Source: Eutreptiella sp. 'Long Island Sound 2002' (taxonomy: Eukaryota; Protista; Euglenida). Taken from it: a DNA stretch of 64,000 nucleotides. The translations under genes were made by a program, and so were the position numbers. Below, in pieces: positions 1-10,910 of the stretch (position 1 is its first letter; each line of letters opens with the position of its first letter). The notes below the pieces were generated by a model that ran no database searches, had not been told where the DNA came from, and worked only from the letters and a program-made list of their open reading frames with translations. The DNA lies in NCBI GenBank assembly GCA_964036045.1, contig OZ038378.1:29326001-29390000 (forward strand). Reading direction: 5' to 3'.

Positions 1-249
1 TGTGGATTTGGGCTTTCGAACACAGACAATTGGTTTACTGCAATTTGTTATGAAGCTCGCAGTTTGAGCAGCATTTGAATGTGAACATGGCCCTTTGCGG
101 TTGCATGGCATCGTCTTGGACAAGGCCGTGCTGGCACATGGGGATGGGGTATTTATGTGCAACCCGCCGCTCAATGTGGACCTATCGCTTTCCCCAAGTC
201 CCTCAGTCTGTGCAGAAATGGTGCCCTCCGAGGCATAGTGTTGTGATGT

Positions 250-660
250 GCAGAAACAACTTGAGAAGAATAAGGTTTTTTTTAAAGGATTTTTTGACCC
301 TGTTTTGGTCCCATCATGGTCCAACGTTAATGCTTTTTGGGATTTTGGGAGGGCCCAAACATCACCATGAGCTCAAAACAGATTAAAAACAGTTGTTTGA
401 ACATCCTGACTGGTCCAAGATCACATTTGGAAAAACAGGTCTTTCACCACTTTTTGACCCTATTTTGGTCTCAAAATGGCCTATTCTTATGGCCTTTTGG
501 AACATCCAGAGGGCTGAATGGCTCAACATGGGCTCAAAGTAGGCGAAACACACTTGGTTGAGCATCCTAAGTGGTCTGGGATAGCCGTTGGACAATAGCG
601 CTTTTGACCCCTTTCTGACCATATTTTGGCCCCAAAATAGCCCATTTTCTCATTATTTTC
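250..660. repeat. Fragment of the AT-rich interspersed repeat family also found at 17.7-23.1 kb
   Basis: Shares blocks such as TTTTTGACCC(A)TTTTGGTC, GGCTCAACATGGGCTCAAA and TTTGGAAAAACA with 17.8-18.5 kb and 19.3-19.9 kb. Confidence 0.7.
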
Positions 661-1925
661 ATGCGTGTGCGGCCATACCTCCCACCCCATCCCACCCCCC
701 TCTCACTTGTGCATGTGGAGTATCTTGAGGGGAGGGGTGCGCCTGGGAAGTTTTGGACGCTTCCCCACCTGTGGTGTTCGTGTGTGTATGTGTGCAGGCG
801 GTTACGCTTTGCTCAACGAGTTGCCCCGCCCCCCCTCACCCTCTTGAACCATCAATCACCGCCCTAGGAACAGTTGTCAAGGGGGGCTCAACGTCCCATC
901 CTGCGATGCAATGCACGAGACCCTTGGCAACCGGTTAGGAACCCATCACAACAGGTAAATCTGTGCTGCGAGTAGCTGCTACGCATCCTTCCCCTCGCCA
1001 TGGCAGCAGATGTGTATGAACAGTTGGCGGGAATAGTGGGCGAGTGATTTGTTGCGAACAATGATGGGCTCCTTTGTTTCACTCTCTGCACTGTCCTGCA
1101 ACAAAAAGGCGCCTAGCCACATGGCAACTTGAATGTTTGCCTGACGAGGTCTTTGGAGCCCATTGCCCTGTGACCACATTGCCTTGCTGTGCCTACTAGA
1201 TTCTTGGTCGTTGGTTCGTGGTTTCCCTCACAACATGTGTTTGTGTGTGTGTGTGTGTGACAGGGATAGGAGAGACACCGGGCAGCCCAAAAACGTGGCG
1301 CCCCGAGGCAAGGCCTGGCATGGCGCTGCCATGTGGACCCCAGTGTGCTCCATGTGCGCCGCTGTGACCCGCCCGCTGCAAATGGCAGCAGACAAGGGGT
1401 GCCTTGCCATGTGGTCAGCCATTGTGCACACCCAAGGCTAGACACCTCCCCAAATGAAGCCTGACTGTACAGCTGTAGGATTTGTGTTTGTGTGTGGGGG
1501 GTGTGTGATGGCGCGACTCGCGGCTGGGTATTGTGCCCCATGGCCTAGCTCGAAATGATTCCAAGCATATCATCATGACACCATGACACCTCGCTGCAGG
1601 TCTCCTTTGCTTGCGTGCATCAGCGGTGGGGCGGCCCGCACGGGCTGACAAGTTTTGAGCCCTGAGGATTCAATATGCTCCCGCCTAACGAGCACAGCCA
1701 CACACACAAACCTGAATGATGAGCCAGGAAATCTATGCTGGGCCACGTCTGTTGCCTGTTGCTTTGGCCCGCCCCCTTTTGATCTACGGGTAGCCCCTTC
1801 ACCCCTCACAGCCATCAGCCGGGCCTGCTGGCGTCTGCAAGGGGTAGGGTGCCATGGGGGCTGTATGCTTCAAGCTTGAGTTTGCGCCACCCCTTGGAGG
1901 CGCCTTGAGTGTGGTGCACATGCAG

Positions 1926-1992
1926 TGCGGCTATTTGGCTATTTGGGCAGACGAAGCACACAAAGGCTTGGAGCTTGCAAGCAGAGGACTTC
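1926..1992 (+). CDS. Tentative internal exon of the MavL-like gene (CGYLAIWADEAHKGLELASRGL)
   Basis: TGCAG acceptor before 1926 and GTGAGC donor at 1993. The phase-1 end matches the phase-1 acceptor at 2102 (109-nt intron). The true 5' boundary and upstream exons could not be resolved. Confidence 0.4.
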
Positions 1993-2101
1993 GTGAGCTA
2001 TGTTCTGAAATTGTTTGGTTGCGACCCGCTTTGGTGCGGCCCCAGTGGACCTCTGCCTTCTGCCCCATCCTCGCCCCATCCATAGGACACCTCTTCTGTA
2101 G

Positions 2102-2994
2102 TGGGGCTTCCAAAAGAGGAGTCGCCACTTCTCACGCCGCCCGAGCGCCGGCGTGCACGCAAGAAGTGCATTGCATCGGACGTCACCATCCACGCCCTCG
2201 GGGGTCTCAGAGAACCGCCCCGGCTGATGCCCGGCTCCGTGGCCACCCAAAGCCCGGCCGTCTGCGTGACCGCAGGTGCGTGGTCGTTCCTTGTGTCATA
2301 CCTCGAGTACGCGGACTTCATTGCAGAGCCCGGCTTCGAGCCAGAAGACCCGCCGCTGTTCCCCCATTACTTCGTGGATACTGCAGGGCGGGTGCCAGGG
2401 CCCGCAGAGGCGTTGAGCACCGGCGGACTGCCGGTCGGTGGGGGCTGCGTGCTGAACACCGCCGCGTTCTTCCGGGCGATGGTTGAAGATGTCGGGCTGT
2501 GGCTCACAGCCTTCGACGCGGCCGTTGCAGCGCGGCCTGGGTCGGCGCCAGGGTGGTTTCGTGCCACGCCTGTGGGGCTGGATCCGGTGAACCCCGTGCC
2601 CTTTGCAGAGGACATGATGCGGCTGCTGATCCGCGCATACGAGCATGTGTTGGCCGTGCAGGCCTTCCCACACATTGCTGCCGTTGAGTTCCCAGTCCTG
2701 ACCTGCTGCGATGGTGCGGACGCATACTGGCCGTCACAGCGACACATAAACGGGGTGGCGCTGGAGACGACGGAAAGAGATCTGCTGGATTTTGCGGGCA
2801 CAGGCGAGGGCTATGTGTGTGGGTTCCTCAACCCGGGCAACAGCTTTTGTATCCCAGGCAATGGCTATTCATACCTCTCAGTAGAGTCGATGGTGGGGAA
2901 TAATACAGATCTGAGGTACGTGCAGTCGTACATCCACAACCCATATTTGATGGACCGCCACCGATTTCAGGAAGTGGCAGCGTGTATTGTCTAA
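2102..2994 (+). CDS. Terminal exon of a MavL/DUF4804-like macrodomain (ADP-ribose-binding or hydrolase) protein
   Basis: Open GC3-rich frame after the CTCTTCTGTAG acceptor, ending in TAA. Motifs RATPVGL, AYEHVL..FPHIAAVEFP, TERDLLDF and LNPGNSFCIPGNGYSYLSVESMVGNNTDLRYVQSYIHNPYLMD are colinear with the Legionella MavL C-terminal motifs as recalled (NPSDAF..GNE.GY.SVESMIGNN....DQ....NP). Confidence 0.7.
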
Positions 2995-4097
2995 TTTGGG
3001 ACAGGGGTGTGGCATACTCAATGCAACGAGCCACAAATGCCCTGCAGCAGGATGAGTAGTTGTGATGTGGCGGATGTGCAGTGCCGCCACATCTGACGTA
3101 ATCGTATGGAGCTGAGTCACACAACTGGATGCAGCCGGTTCCAAGTTGTAGTGGAGAGGGTATGCCTGAGTGGCACATGGAATGGGGCTGATTTCGGACG
3201 AAACGCGGCCGGTGCTGGACGGCAGGTGCATATCTCACGCCTCGCACCATGCAGTCTTATACCAAGAGGGCGTGAGGAGGGCACAAGGCCCTGCTGTTTC
3301 ACACCAATGTCAATGACCAACCGCTCATTTCCCATGGCCGCTGGCAGTTATGAAGCCGTTTGGGGCGGAGCTTGTTCCAACAGAATGCGGTGTGACTGCA
3401 CCATGCAGGCTTTTCTGCACGCCACGCTGACTCATGTGTGTTCGATGGGACGGGGCTGATCAGTACAGGAGGTGGCAGTGGATCCTGCTCAGCAGATGGA
3501 TGGCTGCCCATCGGTCCGGTCGGTCCGGAAGCGCAATATCCCGTGTGACCAGACGGTTGAGCAATGTTGGACAGGAGTGTGGCCCATTTCCCAAAAATGA
3601 CTGATGATTTTGTGTTCATCAATTCTCTGAACAACTGCAACTGCCCGTGGACAGCTGGGTTTACCGGTCCTGGCAACCGAGTCTCTGCTGCTTTGAGCAC
3701 GGATTTGTTGCATTGGCCTCTTGAATTGGGGACCCATTTGAGACCATGTCCCCAACAACATCTGCCTTCGGCGCCCTCATTTCCCTTCCCCGTCTGCAGC
3801 TCACAATGTGCAGAGGAGGCGTCGCAGCTTTGGCGTTTGCACATTGGTTTTGGTGCTTCACCACATGTACAGAAAACTCTGGCCCTGGGTTCTTCAGGAA
3901 AGGCAGGGATAACAACACAGGGCTGCAAGTTGTGACGAAGAAGAACTCATGTCAATGAGCATGTATGTCATGCATGAAATAGGGCACTAGACCCCTAACC
4001 CCGCGCTGGACCAACCCCTTGGCTGCCAGCGGGCGCGGTAGGCAGGCGCTATGATGCGTAAACCACCGCCGCTACAGCCAAGGTAACAGCATCACTT

Positions 4098-4230
4098 TGG
4101 CATGAATTCCCTCCCGGCGCATGCTGGGATATGTGTGCCGGCAGAAGGCCAAACCCACATCACCGACCAGAACACCAATCCCCGCCCATCAACCCGGGTG
4201 GCGCATGTGTGCGATGGGTTGGGCATAATG
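4098..4230 (+). repeat. ~130-bp dispersed repeat, second copy at 52192-52326
   Basis: ATGAATTCCCTCCCGGCGCATG...CATCACCGACCAGAACACCAATCCCCGCCCATCAACCCGGGTGG...GCGATGGGTTGGGCATA is nearly identical at both sites. Confidence 0.85.
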
Positions 4231-4989
4231 TACATACACTATTGGACATGGGGAATCCCACTGCCACGTTGCCGTGTCTGGCATCCTCGGCTTGTGATGC
4301 TTGACCTGTTCCATTGTTGTGGAGTTGTCAAGAACCCTGTCAGTTTCCATTTTCCAGAGCATATTCCTGGAGGACGTGGTGCTTGAACCTCCTTTTGGCA
4401 GACCATCAATGGGAAAAAGACCACTTCAAATTGCGAAATATTTTCCAAGCGATGCGCACCCTCGGGGACCTTTGGACTCAATTAGACAGACATCAAAATA
4501 CTCCTTCCATGACCCCCTTGCGTACAATTCCTTATCACATGGATGGCGTCAATACAACTAAACTCACTTTCAACCCTAGAACCCCGCACCTTATGCAAAA
4601 AAGGTCCCAACCCAGGACTCAAGTAGGTGCAAACCTTTGTGACTACATGTGCGCTGTGCCACTTGAGACCGGAACGAACGTCTGCAAGCACACTTTATCC
4701 TTCAGACAAAGGGGAGATATGTACTCCGCCGAAATTGTGCAGCTTGGCCCCAAAACCAGTGACACGTGTGAACAACGACTTGGCTGCAAACGTGTCCGGG
4801 TGCATCCTAGAGACATGGACAAAGTTGAAGCCATGTGGAAACCAAGGGCCCTTCAATCGTGTTTGCAGCGGTCAAAGGCCATGAATCAGTATCTGCCGTC
4901 CCCTGTTCACCTTTGACGCTTTTTTAGTTGAGATGCCCACACAATCTCCCACTGAATTCCCCCATAGATCGAGGGTAAAAGTGCAGTGG

Positions 4990-5140
4990 GGCGGCATCCT
5001 TCACAGCTGCGACGCACTGTCTCCCACTGCATTCCCCTCAAGATTATGGGCAAGGGTTTGCAGCAGTATGGGGCTTCCTTGATGAGAGCTGCGAGCGCCT
5101 GTGCCCCACTAGCTTCTAATGCACCTTTCCCGTGCTCAGG
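4990..5140 (-). pseudogene. Leucine-rich-repeat relic (SGAQALAAL.KEAP)
   Basis: Translation ASGAQALAALIKEAP...IILR resembles an RI-like LRR unit; no start or intact context. A similar relic lies at 31950-32170. Confidence 0.5.
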
Positions 5141-5299
5141 CCTCCTTGTGGCCAGAGCACCATATGTTCCCCCACCCCCACACCATTTCTGGACACTCGG
5201 TGGTGGCAGACTGGGAGGAGGAGGAGGAGGAGTAGGAGAACAGCTGTGCAATGTTTTGCTGTGAAACAGAGTTATGGGAGTCAAGAACATATGGCTGGA

Positions 5300-5520
5300 G
5301 CCTTGGTAGACGTGTGAAGGGTCATTCGGCACACAGTACACCCTTGCGTTGCATCAACTCTGCATGCACTCTCCTGCGACACATGTGTACCGCACATGCG
5401 CCACACCACCCAAACCACACATGCACTGCACATGCACTACGCATGTGGTACATGCACATGTTGTGCACGTACCACACGTGCACAACATGTGCAACACATA
5501 CGCCGCCAGCAGCCCAAAAG
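5300..5520. repeat. Low-complexity CACATG/GCACAT-rich repeat
   Basis: Repeated CACATG(T/C)G motifs, self-complementary in character. Confidence 0.7.
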
Positions 5521-6030
5521 GAGAAGGCCACAAGGCACTACGCTGGGCAGGGCGCACACTGGATTTGTGGCCGGGACAGCCAGACGCAGGACGAAGAGGG
5601 GGTGCAATGGCCCGCCCTAGCTGGATTCCACCATCCTGTGGTAATGATACCGTGATTCTAGCATCTGATCCGAGCGACAGCACAGCAAGACACATGGTGC
5701 GCCGGAACCTCAAAGCAACAGCGCAGTGTGTAGGGCCTCAGTATTTGTTGTGGAAGCTCTCACCAGCCGTTGCAACATCGTAGTCTGTGACAGCCAAATG
5801 GCCTTTGAGGGAAGGGCATGCGCTTCAGCCGGGGACAGCACTTAAACCTCAGCCAGGGAGGATGTGACTAAGAAGAGTCGCAGGGTTGGGGTTGATTAGG
5901 CTGCTGCGATCCTTTGGCTGACGCGCCCTGACATGGCTGATCCTCCCCAACAGCCTGTGCCCTGCAGACTCATACTAGTTTCCCTTGTTGATATCATGTT
6001 TGGTTGCCAACACATGACACCATCATTACG

Positions 6031-6051
6031 TGTTTCCGTAGTTTTTAGCAG
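6031..6051 (+). promoter_or_regulatory. Pyrimidine tract and AG acceptors just upstream of the ATG (candidate SL trans-splice or 5'UTR intron acceptor)
   Basis: TGTTTCCGTAGTTTTTAGCAG|GAGCG ATG. Confidence 0.4.
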
Positions 6052-6056
6052 GAGCG

Positions 6057-6974
6057 ATGTTGCCGCTGCTATTTTTGTTCTTCGTTGGGCTGGAGGTGGG
6101 TGCTGGACATCCGGGTTTGTCCTTGGAGCGCTTCAGAGGCCACCTTCGTTGTCCATATGCCTCTGTCTGGCTGGAACATGGCCCTGAACGTGCCGTCGAC
6201 AAACTGGGCCTCCGGCAACAAGTCACTTGGCCCCAACACCGACGCCTGATTGAGGACGTCACGTGGGGTTCATGCACCTTCGTGAACTCGTTCAGCCAGC
6301 AGGAGACCTGTATGGAGTTCCGCGGGGCTGCATGGACCGACGCCTCTGCCAAAGCGCGCTGTGACAAGGCCTTCATGAACGTGGCTGGCACCCTCGTCAA
6401 AGGTGGTGCCTGCACATCCAGTCAAGCCGGGGGGTGGTGCGAGGTCCAGCAAGGGGCAGAAAGAACACTGATGGAGGTGGCGGCCAATATGGACTGTGCC
6501 CAGCTGACAAGCGCCTGTGTGCAGTGGTCGCAGGGTACGTTTGTGGCTGCCGGGTCCTGTGCTTCGAAGGACACGACTCCCCCGATCACTACCACTACCG
6601 CTATGCCAAGCAACGGGGCCGTGGCCAACTGCACGATTGCCCCCGGACCCATCGGCGCTGCCCACCAGCTTGCAGCGTCCCCCGGATACAAGTTCGACTG
6701 CAAGGGGACCCCGGCTGAAAAGTCCCCGTATATGTGGCCGTTGCGTTGGGCCGCCGATGTGGAATCGCGGTCCATGAGATTCGGTTCGGACGTCGTGCAG
6801 TATGAGGCGAAGGGGCGTGTCTGGTACCGCCTTGACAATAACTGGAAGCGGTACGACATCTACTACCAGAACGGTACCCAGCGTGCGATCGGGCAAGCTC
6901 CTTGCAGTAGTGGTGACCAAGCTGGCACGTTCAGTTGCAACAGGGAGCCACGGAACCTGACGGTCCTTCATCGG
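6057..6974 (+). CDS. Exon 1 of a secreted, probably GPI-anchored 711-aa protein (signal peptide, Cys-rich domain, start of ependymin/At4g14100-like domain)
   Basis: ATG followed by hydrophobic MLPLLFLFFVGLEVGAG, Cys-rich segment, Thr/Pro linker and N-glycosylation sequons. Ends CATCGG|GTGTGA (phase 0), in frame with exon 2. Confidence 0.85.
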
Positions 6975-9204
6975 GTGTGATTCACCCCTGATCCCTCAGT
7001 CCTATCTCCCAGCCCCCAACCCCTTCACTGCAGCTCAGCCCTATCCTTCCGCTCTGGGTCCCTCCCCTCAGCCTTCCGCGGTGGGGTCCCTTTTCGTCTC
7101 AATCTCACCGTTAGCCCACGGGAATGCCGTGCCCACAATGCGGTTTTTGGCCACAGCTACTAGAAGCCCATATTGGGGCTGTTTGCACGACTTACCTTGT
7201 CATTTGGGATAAGTGCTTGCTGAATTGAATTGTTGTAGTGGATGTGAGATGACTTTGCTGGCATGTGGCTGTGGGTGCAGTACGTAGGGCAACATTCCTT
7301 GCATCTCTTGGCTTTGGCAATGCTGACGCAGCCAGGGCTCCCAGCACCAGGTGTATTTCCAGCAAGGCCAGGGTGGTCCTCAAGGAACCGGATTTTTTTT
7401 CTTGATAAGGACCGCCCTTAAGGACCGCCCCTAGGGGCATTTTCCCACCGGCCCAACGCTGGGTCCCCCTTTTTGGGGACCCGAGAACGTGGGGGTTGCG
7501 CCGCCATTCCGCCCAATTCTGGGCCCACGAGAAGGTGGGGTTTATGTAGCCGCTTCTGATTTTGTCGCCTTTGTTGGGGACCCCCGAGAATGCCACGTTT
7601 CTGCAGCCATTTCCACCAATTCTGGCCCCCCGAGAACGCAGGGATTACGTAGCCGCTTCTGACTTCTTCTCCTTTGTTGGTGACCCCCCAAGAATGCAGA
7701 GGTTATGTCGCCATCCTGCCCAATTCTGGCTCCTGAGAGGACTCAAGCATCCACTACTGATTTTGTCCCCCTTGTTGGGGACCCCCCAAGAGCGCAGGGG
7801 TTTTATCGCCATTCTGCCCAACTCTAGGCCCCGAGAAGGCAGGGTTTATGTACCCACATATGGTTTTGTCCCCTTTGTTGGGGACCCCCGAGAACACAAG
7901 GTTTATGTAGCCGTTGCACGTGATTCTAGGCCCCGAAGATGGCACGGAATATGTATCCTCTTCTGAGTTTGTCCCCTTTGTTGGGGACCTTCAAAAGCGC
8001 ATAGGTTGTTTAGCCATTGCACCCCATTCTAGGCCCCTAACAAGGCGAGGGTTATGCAGCCACTTGTGGGTTTATCCCTTTTTTGGGGACCCCCGACATC
8101 ACAGGGGTTAAGTAGCCATTCCGCCAAATTCTTGGCCCCGAGAAGGCAGGGGTTATGTAGCCGCTTCTGATCTTGTCATCTTTTTGGGGACGGCCGAGAA
8201 TGTAGAGATTACGCAGCCATTCCGCCCAATGCCCCCCCCCCCCCCCCACGAAGACAGGGGTCATGTAGCCCATTCTGATTTTGCCCCCTTTGTTGGGCAC
8301 ACCCGAGAACGTAGGGGTTATGAAGCCATTCTGCCCAATTCCGGGCCCCCAAGAAGGCAGGGGCCATGTAGCCACTTGTGATTTTGTTCCCTTTGTGGGG
8401 CCCTTCAAGAAGGCCGAGGTTCTGTAGCCATTTCCCCCAATTCTGGTGCCCCATGAAGCCATGGGCTATGTCGCCGCTTTTGATTTCGTCTGCTTTGTTG
8501 GAGACCCCTGAGAACGTCGGGGTCATGTAGCCATCTTGCCCAAATTTGGTCATTGAGAATGCAGCCGTTATGTAGCCACTTTTGATTTTGTCCCGTTTGT
8601 TGGCAACCAACGAGAAGGTAGGGGCTATGTAGCCGCTTTTGATTTTCTCCCCTTTATTGGGGACCCCCGAGAACACAGGGGTTATGTAGCCATTCTGCCC
8701 AATTTTGGGCCCCCAAGAAGGAAGGGGTTATGTAGCCTTGGTCCTCTCTTCGGGAGACCGCTGATAATGGATGGGTCATGTTGTGATTCCCCCAATTGTG
8801 GCCCCCTAGATAGGAGGGGTTGTGTATCCACTTCTGAGTTTTTCCTGCTTATTGGGGACCCCCGAGAATGCAGGGGTTACGTAGCCATTCCACCCAGACC
8901 TGGCCCCCCGAGGAGGCAAGGGTTATGTAGCCACGTTTGATTCAGTCTCCTTTGTTGGGACCCCCGAGAATAAAGGGGTTCTGTAGCCATTTCGCCCAAT
9001 TCTAGCCCCTCAAGAAGGCAAGAGTTGTGTAGCCACTTCTGACCCCCCCCCGTTTGGGGGACACCCAACAACACCGGGGTTGTGTAGCCATCCCGCCCAA
9101 TTTTGGGCCCCTAAGAAGGCACGGGTTATATAACCAATGTTGTCTTCGTCCCCCCTTTTGGGGACCAACGAGAAATGCATGGTTATGTAGCCATTCCAAA
9201 AGCA

Positions 9205-9345
9205 CAAGTTATGCGGGAAAGCCTGTGTTCGCCCCGCCAGTCTGTGGACCATATGGCGAGGCCAGGATACGACTGAAGCCACACCCCCGAGTGTACCGTC
9301 ACCGGGAGTTCGCCCTCCGAGGCGAGAGGAAAGAGGCCCAAACTT
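9205..9345 (+). mobile_element. Inverted continuation of the same pol (start of the RT region)
   Basis: GKPVFAPPVCGPYGEARIRLKPHPRVYRHREFALRGERKEA matches the gypsy PP.RG...I.L.P...P...Y.L pre-RT pattern. It is followed by reverse-oriented satellite to ~9525. Confidence 0.6.
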
Positions 9346-9529
9346 GGGTAGAATGGCTCTGTAACTCCTGTAATTTCAGGGGTCCCCAACAAGTGGGGAA
9401 AAATCAGAATTGGCTACATAACCAGTATAACCCCTGTGTTCTCGGGGGGAACCAACAAAGGGGAAAAAATCAAAAGTGACTCTATAACCAATGCCTTCTC
9501 GGTGGGCTAGAATTGGGCGGAATGGTTCA

Positions 9530-10910
9530 CTAAAGAAGGTACTTCCGTACTTCTCCTCCAGCCTGGCCCTCAATGCCTGAATCTTGGGGCATTTGTTGGA
9601 CTCTGCCTTGGCTTTCCCGGGCACTTGAACCACTGAGCTTACTTGTGGGGTATTACTCCCATGGGATTTCAGCTCTCGGGGTCTCCCCATGTGGGCGATT
9701 GGCCCGTCCCGGGCCTTGCCACGGAATAAACCGCCATTGGTGGGTGGGTTTCCGCCGACCAGCTCATCCTAGCTGAACACGTCGTCCAATACCCTGCTTA
9801 CGAAGGTATTCCTATTGTAGGAACCAGAAACAATGGCGTCCACTTCCCACCAGGCTTTGTCCTGGCTTCCTCCCTCTCGCTGGGTTACCCAGTTGTGAAA
9901 AGGTCGATCCATATACCCCTAAACCAGATCCAAATCCTAATCAGAGAGAAGATCCTCCGATTCTCCGATGTCCACGGGGGAAACCGCGAAGCATTGCCTC
10001 CATGGCTCCGCTATCATGCGGTTGACACACACGAAATACGTGGTGTCGGCTTGTTCCGGGCCCCCATCCACATAGTGGAATTCTGTCGGCCATCTCTGGG
10101 GTGGCATGGGTTCTCTCTTGGCGTCCTGATAGACGCCCTCTCCAGCCGGTAGGACGACCTTGTTCAAGGTCATGTTGGTCAGCGAGACCACCCAATCTCG
10201 AGTACTTTCCTCTTCGGTACACCCCATGGGGACGACCACTACCGCCTTGGAGCGGTCTTTGCGGATCTTCGCAACCGCCCGTGGTATGTCCACTCTAGGA
10301 CAGTGGATCAACATCATATCTTGATGCGGACCCCAATGCTTCTTCCACACAGAATCCTGGGCGCATCAGTACTTCTCACACACCCGCAGATGGGCGGAGG
10401 TTCCTGAGGAGAACGCATCCAAGGCCGGATCCGGAGCTCCCCGTTCAGCGGCGATTCGGTGTGCCGGTTCCGGCTTGACGCTGTATTCCTGGTCCGTCGG
10501 CCCTACGGGCTCGATCCCCAATGAGGCTACATCAAGTTGATGCTGCTCCGGGTGGATCCACTGGCATTCGGCGTGGTGCTCAAGTGACGATAGCCACGAG
10601 AGCTGATCATCCTGGTACACGGTCATGGAGGCCTGAGCCGGGAGCACGCAAGAGTCCGTCTCCATCATGAAGTCGTACCCGACGATCATGCCCCAGTCCA
10701 TTTGGGCCTCATAAAAGTTTCCCTTGAGTAGGATTTCCTTGCCGAGGTCAGGGCGGCTTAGCTCATAGTGGTTCACAAATTGCAGCGCGATCTCGGCCTC
10801 CTTCGTTCCACCCACCATGTAGTGGCCATCGGCTACCTTCAGCCTGACAGGCCTCCGACTTGTGGTCAGGCATTCCGTTGGTAGTAGGCCCCCGAGAGGA
10901 TGGGGGTTTG
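9530..10910 (-). mobile_element. Decayed Ty3/gypsy-like pol fragment: retropepsin C-terminal half, DNA-adenine-MTase-like domain, linker to RT
   Basis: A single minus-strand frame with four in-frame stops. PVRLKVADG..MVGG...MIVGYDFM (protease-like), then P.LDAFSS...KY(W)..QDSVW..HW...LIHCP..DI.RAV.KI..D.S.AVVVVP...W...L (MTase-like), then ...LEEKYGSTFFS. Confidence 0.7.

Noticed and set aside
1716-1789. Further upstream MavL-gene exon (MMSQEIYAGPRLL..)
   Set aside because: Its donor is phase 2, while all nearby acceptors for the next exon are phase 0, so it cannot be supported without cDNA.
6270-6971. 233-aa antisense ORF
   Set aside because: It is a shadow ORF of the GC3-rich coding exon on the plus strand.
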